In this document: piece by piece, positions 7,815-16,184 of the stretch
Numbering within the stretch: the stretch's first letter is position 1
How the letters are laid out: each line of letters starts with the position of its first letter
DNA from: Kiritimatiellia bacterium
GTDB lineage: Bacteria; Verrucomicrobiota; Kiritimatiellia; CAIKKV01; CAITUY01
Assembly (NCBI GenBank): GCA_044344495.1
Contig: JBIJCW010000003.1
Location: 1 to 39,585, forward strand
DNA length: 39,585 nucleotides
Direction: 5' to 3'
Notes under the pieces: model-generated
Database searches by the model: none
What the model saw: the letters and a program-made list of their open reading frames with translations, nothing else
Told to the model about the DNA's origin: nothing
Position numbers and translations under genes: made by a program

Positions 7815-9770
7815 ATGCCAATCCGGATCATGGGAGACACCTTTTTCGCCAGGGACCCCGGCGGGAAACTCAAGTCCCGCATAGGAACCATTTTCCCTCA
7901 CACCCGTACCTTGGTCACCCTCCCCGGCATCCACGCCACCCAGCGCATGGCCTATGTGGCGGCCATCAATGCTGAACGTAACGCCAGCGGCTTGTCCCCA
8001 CTCACCGATGAAGAGGAAATGGTCGAGTGGCAACAGTCCGTGGACCTGATCATGGATGAGGACACCGTCCTCATCCGCCCTGACCCCGAGAATATGCCCC
8101 TGGCTTTCGAAGCCGACGAACTTTTGCAGGAACTTGTCTCCAAGCGGCAGATCAAGTTCCTGAATGCCATGAACGATCAGATTCGCCAGGCCATCAAAGT
8201 CCGCGGCGAAAACTGGAGAATCGCGCCCTGGCCCCACTGCCCCGATGAAATGAAGCAGATGATCCTTGCCTCCATGATCCCCATAGGCGGCCGTTCCATT
8301 TACTACTACAGCCACATCTGCGGCACCCGCTACCTGACCTTCCAGCAGTTCTCCGAACTCGGAGCCCTGCCGGACGCGGAACTACTCGCCCATCTGCTCG
8401 AAATCCGCGACTTTTCAGGACGCTATAACCGGATGGGCCGCCCCGAAGTCTCTTTCTTCGCCACCAAGGGCTCGTTCTCCCATGCCGACATCCCCCAGTG
8501 CGACGCCAGCCAGATGACCCCCGATAATGTCCGCCACTGTTACGAGGCCCTTAAGGCCCACTTCGCGGCCGCCGTCCCCCCGGACATGCTTGAGGACAAC
8601 CCCGATCACACCGAGTGGCGCAATCTCATGTTCTCCGCCTTGATTGGACAGGACGAGCAAGTCGTACCCGAGGAAGTCATGTTTGGCATGAGCTCCGAAT
8701 TCTTCATGCAGATCGAGTGGCTCCCCGGTGGCCGCATCGAGGAAGGTGAACTGCTGTTCGACTCGATCTTCGAGGAACTGGACCGCACCCCCATCCCGCC
8801 GGAACTCCGGTCCCTGTGCGACGAGAAGGCCCGAGGATTCATTTTTAACTTCCTCCGCGAATTCGGCGACATTGAATATGTCAACGTTGGAAAGATCATC
8901 AGCACCCTGTCCCGCCGCCCCGCCAGCGCCGGACGCCGCGACGTTTATGTCGCCGAGATCAAACAGCGACAAACTGAACACCCCTTCGTCCGCGTCATCC
9001 GCATGCAAAAATGGGGAATCCGCGAGCATCTCGAGGAGCAAAAGGACCTCCTCGCCGCCATCATGCAGGCCGAGGAATACACCGACTACATTATGGATCG
9101 ACGTCTGGGGTGCCGCCAACTCGGCATGAATCTCCCGCCTCGCACCACCACCCGCAAGATCTCTGAGCGCTACTATGGATCCCGCCACGAATACGAAGGC
9201 CAGATGATCTGGTCCACCTATTTTGAACGCGAATATGTTCCCGGCATGGCCACCGACAAGATCCCGCGATCCCGCTTCATTGACCCGGGATACAGTCTCA
9301 AGTTTGCCGAGGTCCTGGGCCGCGCCGCCGCCCCCAACATCATTGTCGGACGAATGAATCTTGCCGATCAGGTCCTGTTCGACGATGGCGACGAGGTCCT
9401 CCTGGAAGACGCCGCCGGCCTGCCGCGTGACATCATTGTTTCAGACCACACGGGAACATTCGTTGAATATATACACCCTTTGGAACAACAAGCCCCCGGC
9501 TATGCCGCGCCGATCAACCGACGGCTCTCATTCATCGCCTGCCCCAAGGACGTGGTAACCACCTACGTCGAGGCCTTTCTCGAACGTTTCATTTACATAC
9601 AACAGGAATACCGCAAGCGGAAACGCGCGTTTGACACACTCTTCAAACAACGCCGCCGCGATGAACAGGGGAGTTTCGCCTATCGCTGGGAACGGGTACT
9701 GGACCGGCTTAACCGCACCGACCCCACCACCCTGGCCGACCGCATCCGCCGGAACATCCACCTGCCCTGA
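7815..9770 (+). CDS. Conserved-looking hypothetical cytoplasmic protein (651 aa); C-terminal half possibly an atypical kinase fold
   Basis: Long ORF with normal globular composition and codon usage, no signal peptide. Function is inference only. Confidence 0.85.
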   Translation: MPIRIMGDTFFARDPGGKLKSRIGTIFPHTRTLVTLPGIHATQRMAYVAAINAERNASGLSPLTDEEEMVEWQQSVDLIMDEDTVLIRPDPENMPLAFEADELLQELVSKRQIKFLNAMNDQIRQAIKVRGENWRIAPWPHCPDEMKQMILASMIPIGGRSIYYYSHICGTRYLTFQQFSELGALPDAELLAHLLEIRDFSGRYNRMGRPEVSFFATKGSFSHADIPQCDASQMTPDNVRHCYEALKAHFAAAVPPDMLEDNPDHTEWRNLMFSALIGQDEQVVPEEVMFGMSSEFFMQIEWLPGGRIEEGELLFDSIFEELDRTPIPPELRSLCDEKARGFIFNFLREFGDIEYVNVGKIISTLSRRPASAGRRDVYVAEIKQRQTEHPFVRVIRMQKWGIREHLEEQKDLLAAIMQAEEYTDYIMDRRLGCRQLGMNLPPRTTTRKISERYYGSRHEYEGQMIWSTYFEREYVPGMATDKIPRSRFIDPGYSLKFAEVLGRAAAPNIIVGRMNLADQVLFDDGDEVLLEDAAGLPRDIIVSDHTGTFVEYIHPLEQQAPGYAAPINRRLSFIACPKDVVTTYVEAFLERFIYIQQEYRKRKRAFDTLFKQRRRDEQGSFAYRWERVLDRLNRTDPTTLADRIRRNIHLP

Positions 9771-9817
9771 GGAACAATGGCTTGCCATCGGCAGTACCGC
9801 GCCAGCGGCACGAAGAA

Positions 9818-9894
9818 TGGTCGGGCCGTCGGGATTTGAACCCGAGACCTTCTGCACCCCAAGCAGACGCGCTACCAGTCTGCGCTACGGCCCG
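9818..9894 (-). tRNA. tRNA-Pro (GGG)
   Basis: Reverse complement CGGGCCGTAGCGCAGACTGGTAGCGCGTCTGC-TTGGGGT-GCAGAAGGTCTCGGGTTCAAATCCCGACGGCCCGACCA: cloverleaf, C1:G72, A73, encoded CCA. Confidence 0.97.
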
Positions 9895-9973
9895 ATTAGG
9901 AAGTCACCATGTGAGAAAACAGCGCTTCTCCAAGGAGTTGGGGTCTTCCTTCCGGCTGCCTTCAAACGCGGGG

Positions 9974-10002
9974 AAGCTATCAACTGGGCTTCTGTCCGTC
10001 AA
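9974..10002 (-). promoter_or_regulatory. Sigma70-type promoter for tRNA-Pro(GGG), overlapping the 3' end of the PPIase gene
   Basis: TTGACG-17 bp-TAGCTT with extended -10 TG and a GC-rich discriminator CCCCGCG. Confidence 0.65.
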
Positions 10003-10924
10003 GGAACGAATCGAAAACCCGCTCCCAGATGTCCTGCCCCCCCTCAGGCACATCTTCAATCTCCGCCTTGCCTCTCAACTGGTCCACATACTCCGACAGC
10101 GCCTTGCCCTTGCGCTCATGAATCAGCAACTCATGAATACGCTCTTTGACCTGATCAAAGGTCATCGGCTCACCCATCGCTTCATCCGTCTTTTCGACAA
10201 TATGAAACCCCGCCGACGTCTCCACCACATCACTGATTTCACCGATATCCATGCCGAAAATGATGTTGTCAAACTCCGGCAACGTCGTCCCCCGCACAAT
10301 CCACCCAAGGTCCCCACCCGCCTCCTTGCCACTCGGACACTCGGAGTGCACTGCCGCCAGTCCGGAGAAATCCTCACCCTCCATCGCCTTGTGGCGCAAC
10401 GACAGCAGTAGCGATCGTGTTGTCGCCTTGTCATCTTCCCGGTCCGAAGCCGGCTTGACCAGGATGTGCCGCACCTGGACCTGGTCCGGCGTCGCATAGC
10501 GCTCCTGATGCTCCTCATAGTACGCCCGCAGTTCCTCCTCCGAAATGTCCTGCACCCCCGAGGTGACCCGATTCACAAGCTGGTCCAGTTGCTTCCCCGC
10601 CCTGACACTTGCGCGAAACTGATCCATCGTTAACCCCTGTTTCGTGAGTAGCACCACCAGTTGATCCGCACCCCCAACCCGTTGCGCCATGCCCTGCACC
10701 CCCTTATCAACCTCGGCCTCCGGCACCTCAATATGCCGACGCTTGACCTCGTCGATCAACAACTGGGTCCCCACAGCGTGTTCACGGGCTTTTTCCACCA
10801 ACTCATCGGCATGTTTTCCTACTTCAGCACGGGAAAGATGCTGACTGTAAAAATCCAGCAACCGCTTGAGTTCATTCAGAATGGCCGCTTCAGGAATACT
10901 CTTCCCATTTACTTTCAGTGTCAT
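9980..10924 (-). CDS. Parvulin-type peptidyl-prolyl isomerase (SurA_N-like domain plus rotamase, NifM-like), no signal peptide
   Basis: VRHILVK, FSGLAAVHSECPSGKEAGGDLGW, PEFDNIIF, SDVVETSAGFHIV. Confidence 0.9.
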   Translation of the reverse strand: MTLKVNGKSIPEAAILNELKRLLDFYSQHLSRAEVGKHADELVEKAREHAVGTQLLIDEVKRRHIEVPEAEVDKGVQGMAQRVGGADQLVVLLTKQGLTMDQFRASVRAGKQLDQLVNRVTSGVQDISEEELRAYYEEHQERYATPDQVQVRHILVKPASDREDDKATTRSLLLSLRHKAMEGEDFSGLAAVHSECPSGKEAGGDLGWIVRGTTLPEFDNIIFGMDIGEISDVVETSAGFHIVEKTDEAMGEPMTFDQVKERIHELLIHERKGKALSEYVDQLRGKAEIEDVPEGGQDIWERVFDSFLDGQKPS

Positions 10925-11643
10925 GACGTCCCCTTCATCTCCTTATGTTCAGCCTGTTTACCTTTCGATCCCGGCGCCACCGCCACGGCGGGATGCACAT
11001 ATACCGGAACCAGCGGTTCCGTGGATACGCCCGCTTCCTGTTTCACCACCCCAAGCCAGCCAACATGCCGGGCCTTGGGAACCATACAACATTCAACCAA
11101 CCCGACCTCCGGCAACCTTATCGCCTTCAATCGGGGCCCGATCCGCTCCCAGTCGGCCGTCACCCACAGCGACTTCTCCCTCGCCCAACCCTCTGGAATC
11201 ACACCAAACCCTCCAACCATCAACTCGCTGCGCCATTCCGGCCATTGAGAGCCGCGCCCAAATCGCATTGCCCAAAGTTCATTTCTCCGGGCATCCCCCC
11301 AGACAACCACCTCGTCAATATCGCTCCCGGCCATAGCCTCCCATGCCACGGCCTCCGCGCTTGAAATACCGGCTACACGCTTCCCGCCCGGCGCCGCCAG
11401 ACCGCAGGCCGCCGACACCGCCATCCGCAGGCCCGCAAACGACCCGGGTCCCACCCCAACCACAAAATTATCCACCTCCGCCAAGACAAGCGTCCCTTCC
11501 CCGGCAAGCGCCTGGAGTAAGACAAAGAAACCCTGTCGCTCGGCCCGGCTTTCCACCCATTGCCGCTCAAACACGATATCCCGTCCCTCCAACAGGGCAA
11601 TACTCCCGACATCAGTTGCTATATCAATGGCCAGCGTTTTCAT
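10921..11643 (-). CDS. tsaB: tRNA threonylcarbamoyladenosine biosynthesis protein TsaB
   Basis: LAIDIAT, VGVGPGSFAGLR, DARRNE, LVPVYV. Confidence 0.88.
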   Translation of the reverse strand: MKTLAIDIATDVGSIALLEGRDIVFERQWVESRAERQGFFVLLQALAGEGTLVLAEVDNFVVGVGPGSFAGLRMAVSAACGLAAPGGKRVAGISSAEAVAWEAMAGSDIDEVVVWGDARRNELWAMRFGRGSQWPEWRSELMVGGFGVIPEGWAREKSLWVTADWERIGPRLKAIRLPEVGLVECCMVPKARHVGWLGVVKQEAGVSTEPLVPVYVHPAVAVAPGSKGKQAEHKEMKGTS

Positions 11644-11709
11644 CGCTCAATTATTTTTCTTGATCCAAACCCTTCCGGCGTGGATGATTCGCGACTGCTT
11701 ATTCATCGT

Positions 11710-11786
11710 GGCGAATGTAGCTCAGTTGGTAGAGCGCCAGATTGTGATTCTGGTGGTCGCGGGTTCGAGCCCCGTCATTCGCCCCA
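11710..11786 (+). tRNA. tRNA-His (GTG)
   Basis: G-1 GCGAATG...CCAGA-TTGTGAT-TCTGG...GGTTCGAGCC...CATTCGC C CCA; G-1:C73 His identity element. Confidence 0.97.
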
Positions 11787-12404
11787 TCCCTTGCCATCCT
11801 CCAGGATTTCAGTCCATTCCTTTTGCTCCTTATCGATCCCTTGGCGCACCCTTGCCCCGTCAGAAGTCCCGCTAATCCACTTCATCTCCCGCTCGGCATT
11901 GGTGAAGTCCCCAACTTGAGCGTACATCGCCGCCAGTTCCGCATGGTTGTAGGGCTCCCAGAACTGCCAATCTGTGAACACGCGCCAGAACCGGATAGCC
12001 TCCGATGGGGATTGCTCCCACAAGAATCGCACCTTGAGCCGGCGCAGTTGCCCTTTCCATCCATTCTGCACCAACCCGCGATCGCACCACACCGCCGCCT
12101 GATCCATCCGCCGCTTCCTTGCCCCTGGCTCCACCGCCCCCGCCGTGTAATACGCCTTCTCAGCCGCCAAAATGCTGAAGTAATAGTTTTCCGGGTACAA
12201 CACGTAGGCTCGGCGACAAAGCTCCAAAACCTGTTCCGTATCAGACCCGGCCTTCCCGTACCTGGCCGCATGGTAGTAGCACTGCGCCACCCCGGCACGC
12301 AGACTGTGCCACACCCCGGCCAAAGCCACCATTACCATAAAGACCCCAACCAGGGCCATAAACCATGGATCGTTGGTGCTACGCTGTAACATATTCATGG
12401 TCAA
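11775..12404 (-). CDS. Membrane-anchored TPR-like hypothetical protein
   Basis: One N-terminal TM helix (WFMALVGVFMVMVALAGVW), then helical repeats (YPENYYFSILAAE, WEPYNHAELAAMYAQVGDFTNAE). Confidence 0.7.
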   Translation of the reverse strand: MTMNMLQRSTNDPWFMALVGVFMVMVALAGVWHSLRAGVAQCYYHAARYGKAGSDTEQVLELCRRAYVLYPENYYFSILAAEKAYYTAGAVEPGARKRRMDQAAVWCDRGLVQNGWKGQLRRLKVRFLWEQSPSEAIRFWRVFTDWQFWEPYNHAELAAMYAQVGDFTNAEREMKWISGTSDGARVRQGIDKEQKEWTEILEDGKGWGE

Positions 12405-12422
12405 CCGGAAAGCTCACCTGCC

Positions 12423-12456
12423 AAACAAAAGAGCCCCATCCGCTCGGACAGGGCTC
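12423..12456 (-). terminator. Intrinsic terminator after the Thr-tailed protein gene
   Basis: Minus strand GAGCCCTGTCC-GAGC-GGATGGGGCTC followed by TTTTGTTT. Confidence 0.8.
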
Positions 12457-12486
12457 TCTCAACGTCCAATTCAACCACCTTCTCGA

Positions 12487-13074
12487 TTAACGACGCCCAA
12501 CCGGAGTCGGACTCGGCTTTGTGGTCGTCGTGGTGGTTGTCGTGGTAGTTGTCGTCGTGGTCGTCGTCGACCCGCCTGGGCCTTCCGGCGGCTTGGAGAT
12601 GATCTCGTTGATCTTTTCGGAAATCATCTTGGCTTTCGCCGCTTGCTTGGCGGCTTCGGCCGCCGCCTTCGCCGCATCTTCTTCATTGCCTGCCGCTTTG
12701 GCGGCTTCGGCCGCCGCCTTCGCCGCATCCGCCACCACACGCAGTTTCTCCAATAGCAGCTTCAGTTTTGCCACCTTCTTCTCTGCCACCATCAGCGCCT
12801 TCCGGGCATCCGCTAGCACCTTCTTGGCCTCCTTGATCTTTTCAGGATCATTGGATAGATCAGCCTGCTGCAGATCGGCTTCGGCTTGCTTTACCGCCAC
12901 CCCTGCTTTCTCAACGTCTTTCTCGGCATTGGTCAGGGCATCGTGCCCACTCTTCAACAGCACTGCGGCTTCTTCCGCCGACTTGGCTGCCGCATCCGCC
13001 GCTGCCCCCGCCTTGACCACCAACGGCACCATCACCATCATCGCCACCAGACTCATTGCTATCCACTTGCTCAT
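12487..13074 (-). CDS. Secreted Ala/Lys/Glu coiled-coil protein with poly-Thr tail ending KPSPTPVGRR
   Basis: AGGAG RBS, signal peptide, helical body, 16 consecutive Thr encoded by all four Thr codons, own promoter and terminator. Confidence 0.85.
   Translation of the reverse strand: MSKWIAMSLVAMMVMVPLVVKAGAAADAAAKSAEEAAVLLKSGHDALTNAEKDVEKAGVAVKQAEADLQQADLSNDPEKIKEAKKVLADARKALMVAEKKVAKLKLLLEKLRVVADAAKAAAEAAKAAGNEEDAAKAAAEAAKQAAKAKMISEKINEIISKPPEGPGGSTTTTTTTTTTTTTTTTKPSPTPVGRR
12647..12729. repeat. 32-bp direct repeat (2 copies, 51-bp period) encoding DAAKAAAEAAK
   Basis: ttggcggcttcggccgccgccttcgccgcatc at 12647-12678 and 12698-12729. Confidence 0.85.
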
Positions 13075-13119
13075 GTCACATCTCCTATTGAAACATCGAT
13101 GCCCACACTAACCTTCAAA

Positions 13120-13148
13120 AGTATCCTTGAAGCCCCGCCCACCGTCAA
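13120..13148 (-). promoter_or_regulatory. Sigma70-type promoter of the Thr-tailed protein gene
   Basis: TTGACG-17 bp-GATACT in the wza to Thr-protein spacer. Confidence 0.6.
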
Positions 13149-13163
13149 GCACTTCACACACCC

Positions 13164-13871
13164 TCAGTACCATGTCTTTGGCACTTCGATCACATCACCC
13201 GGTATGACCATGATGTCCTTCTGCTTGCCTTTGCGGATATCATCCGCATTAATCACCAGAATCTCGGTTCCTCGGATCAAACGAATCTTGGTCGGATTGG
13301 CATACTCGGTAAAACGCCCTCCACGCCCCAGCGCCTGTAGCACCGTCAGGTTCCGCGTCAACGGATAGGGACCGGGCCGCAACACCTCCCCGGCCAGCGA
13401 GTACTCGCTCTCGGGCGGAACGATAACCACCGTGACCACCTTGTAATACTTTTCATCAATGTACTTCCGCTCGATGATTCGCTGGGCATCGGCACAGGTT
13501 TTACCAGCCACCTGCATGGCGCCGATCAACGGCAGATTGATCCGCCCCTGCTCATCAATCACATGCGCACAGGTGAACGGCTCGGGCGGCGCATAAATTG
13601 TCACCTGCAACCGGTCACCACTCTTAAGGACCCGACTGGTGTTGAAAAACGTGGCCTCCACCTCATTCGTCCCGATGGCCACCGCCGGCGGGGGATTGAC
13701 CGCCGAGGGGGAGGTTCTCAGAAGATCAACGGATACCGGTTCCACCTGCGGCCGATAGGGAGGCAGGGACTCCTCCGAGGAGGGCAGGGACACACAGCCG
13801 GACAACACCGCCACCAGCATGACGCCAGCCAGCTCCATCATCGTCATTGATTGCTTCATCTTGGAAATCAT
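13164..13871 (-). CDS. Short OPX/Wza-family polysaccharide export lipoprotein (Poly_export domain plus one SLBB)
   Basis: Lipobox LSGC, LKSGDRLQVT, IDEQGRINLPLIG, GEVLRPGPY, PGDVIEVP. No C-terminal outer-membrane helix. Confidence 0.9.
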   Translation of the reverse strand: MISKMKQSMTMMELAGVMLVAVLSGCVSLPSSEESLPPYRPQVEPVSVDLLRTSPSAVNPPPAVAIGTNEVEATFFNTSRVLKSGDRLQVTIYAPPEPFTCAHVIDEQGRINLPLIGAMQVAGKTCADAQRIIERKYIDEKYYKVVTVVIVPPESEYSLAGEVLRPGPYPLTRNLTVLQALGRGGRFTEYANPTKIRLIRGTEILVINADDIRKGKQKDIMVIPGDVIEVPKTWY

Positions 13872-13892
13872 CCGATCACCAGATACTCCTCG

Positions 13893-16082
13893 TCAACCCT
13901 TGTCGCCCGTTCCACCGGATGCCGCCGGTGCCGGAGTGGGCATCTGCCCTTCCTTCACATCACGCCGATCACGCGACTTGCCGTAGGAGTAGTTGTAATA
14001 CGAATTGTAGTAGTAGTAGTAATCCCGGGATACATTCAGATTATTCAACACCACCCCCAGGAAATTGGCACCCACATTCTCAATCATGGCCTTCGCCCGA
14101 CTCGACACCGCCTTGGGATAGCTGCGGTGTTGCACCACCAGCAGAACGCCATCCACTTCACTCGCCAAAATCGACGCATCACTCACCCCCATGATCGGCG
14201 GCGAATCAAAAAAGACATAGTCATACCGACTCTTGACCTGCGCCATGATATCCCGCAGGTGGCGCGCCGTCAGAATCCCGTGCGAAATGGACGGCAACTT
14301 GCCACTGGGCATGAAATCAATGTTCGGCACCGCATCTCTCAGGATCGCCTCATTCACCCCGATCTTTCCCAGCAGGACATCCGTCAACCCCTGCTTGTTC
14401 GGAACCTTGAACATCTTGTGCTGGGTGGGCCGCCGCATGTCGGAATCAATAACCAGTATCTTCTTGCCCGTCTGGGCACAAACGCAGGCCAGATTGAAGA
14501 GCGTCAGCGACTTACCTTCGCCTGCCCCGCCACTGGTAAAACACAACGCGTTCCCGCCACCCAACTTCTTGGATAGCTCCATGTTCATCCTCAATACCCG
14601 GTAGGCTTCCGCATGAGGACTCTCGCTGCCCTCATCCGTCAACGGCCGCACCTTCTGGGGAATGACCCCGATAATCGTGGCGCCCAGGAAACGCTCAATG
14701 TCCTCCACGGTCTTCACCGACGTATCCACGTATTCGATGAAGAACACCAAACCGATACCGCAGGCAAGGCCAAGAACAATACTCAACACGATATTCAATG
14801 CCATCTTCGGACTGACCGCATCGCGCTCATCCGGAACTTCGGCGAAATCAACGACATCCACGGGCGTCCTCGGCAGTTCAAGCTCGATAGCCTCCTGCAC
14901 CAACCTCGTTTCCAGCGTGTCACGGATTTGCCGCTGGCGTGTCAATTCACTCTCCGCCTTGGCAAACGGCAGGTAACGTTCGCCTTGCGCGTTGATATCG
15001 CTCTTCTTGGCGTCCTCAATATCCTTCTCCGCTGCCTCAAAATCGCGACGGGCAATATCATAATCCGTCTGCAACCCCATGACCTGCCCTTTGAGTGTTT
15101 CATCAATCTTCTTTATCAGGTCGGCCACCACACCTTGCGCACTGATCACATCCGGATGCTTTTCGCCATAGGTTTCCTGACGCCGCTTCAATTGCGTCTC
15201 CGCTTCAGTCAGCTGCTGCCGCAGTTGCGTCAGCGTCGGGTCCTGAATCACATAGGCGGCCGAATAGAGTAGATCGCGCCCTTCCAACCGATTGAGAGCC
15301 TCCAGCCGCGTCTGCCGCTCCAGCATGTTCTTGCGGGCTTGAATACGGTTAAGCTCCAGCCGTTCCAACTTGGCATTGTCCAGCGAAGACACGGACCCCG
15401 GCTGGCTCCCCGCCAACACACTCACCTTCAATTCCTTGCGCAACACCTCGACATTCGCCTCAGCCTCAACAACCTTCTTCTGCTGGGCTTGATAAGCCTC
15501 GCGCAAAGCCACCACACCCTGCTCGGTCTCGGACCGGTTCTTCTGCATCCGGTGATCCCGGTACACATTCGCAATCTCATTGGCAATCTTGGCCGAATCA
15601 TCCCGGGCCGTCGCCCGATCACCCCGCCGGCTACTGCGATAGATCCTGACTTCAATCAGGTTCGTGTCCCGATACTGCTGCACCTTCATGCTGTCCATCA
15701 GGATCTTGTAGGCATCTGACAGCGACAAGGGCATCCCGTCATCCGAATACAATTTTCCAAAATGATCCCGCAAGGAAAGATTCTGAATGACCTTGTAGAG
15801 AATCGGACGCGATTGAATGATCTCGAACTGCGTCCGCAGAAAATACATGTCGTTGACGGTCATCATCTGCTGTTGCTGCTTGTACTGGAACGGGGTCACG
15901 CTGGGCACGTCCTGACGGACGGCGATTCGCGTGGACGCCATGTACACTTTCGGCAACGACAGGGTGGTCACCACCCCCGCCAGCACCACAAATAGAAATA
16001 CGGCAATGACCACTTCCTTGCGGGATCTGACCATCCGCCAATAATCCATGAAATGCGCATTTTCCTGTGGAGTTTCCGCCAT
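13893..16082 (-). CDS. Polysaccharide co-polymerase / BY-kinase (Wzc/GumC family)
   Basis: Two TM helices flanking a coiled coil, Walker A GAGEGKS, A' DSDMRRP, B FFDSPP, Tyr cluster DYYYYYNSYYNYSY. Confidence 0.93.
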   Translation of the reverse strand: MAETPQENAHFMDYWRMVRSRKEVVIAVFLFVVLAGVVTTLSLPKVYMASTRIAVRQDVPSVTPFQYKQQQQMMTVNDMYFLRTQFEIIQSRPILYKVIQNLSLRDHFGKLYSDDGMPLSLSDAYKILMDSMKVQQYRDTNLIEVRIYRSSRRGDRATARDDSAKIANEIANVYRDHRMQKNRSETEQGVVALREAYQAQQKKVVEAEANVEVLRKELKVSVLAGSQPGSVSSLDNAKLERLELNRIQARKNMLERQTRLEALNRLEGRDLLYSAAYVIQDPTLTQLRQQLTEAETQLKRRQETYGEKHPDVISAQGVVADLIKKIDETLKGQVMGLQTDYDIARRDFEAAEKDIEDAKKSDINAQGERYLPFAKAESELTRQRQIRDTLETRLVQEAIELELPRTPVDVVDFAEVPDERDAVSPKMALNIVLSIVLGLACGIGLVFFIEYVDTSVKTVEDIERFLGATIIGVIPQKVRPLTDEGSESPHAEAYRVLRMNMELSKKLGGGNALCFTSGGAGEGKSLTLFNLACVCAQTGKKILVIDSDMRRPTQHKMFKVPNKQGLTDVLLGKIGVNEAILRDAVPNIDFMPSGKLPSISHGILTARHLRDIMAQVKSRYDYVFFDSPPIMGVSDASILASEVDGVLLVVQHRSYPKAVSSRAKAMIENVGANFLGVVLNNLNVSRDYYYYYNSYYNYSYGKSRDRRDVKEGQMPTPAPAASGGTGDKG

Positions 16083-16184
16083 GCTTGCCTTCCTAAAATG
16101 CTGACGAGGCTTGGACAGCCTCACCAGTCTCCGTCATCATTGCCTTCCCAGCAGCCTGCCGACCGTAGCCGACAACCGATTGGA

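Noticed and set aside
9943-9962. CCGGAAGGAAG on the minus strand resembling the SRP RNA helix-8 tip
   Set aside because: Lacks the flanking CAGG/AGCA symmetric loop and the long SRP stem.
12520-12567. Phase-variable microsatellite or CRISPR-like repeat
   Set aside because: Mixed synonymous Thr codons with no perfect repeat unit, spacers or cas genes.
12521-13111. 196-aa plus-strand ORF beginning with poly-Val
   Set aside because: Antisense shadow of the poly-Thr/Ala-rich gene, which has the RBS, signal peptide, promoter and terminator.
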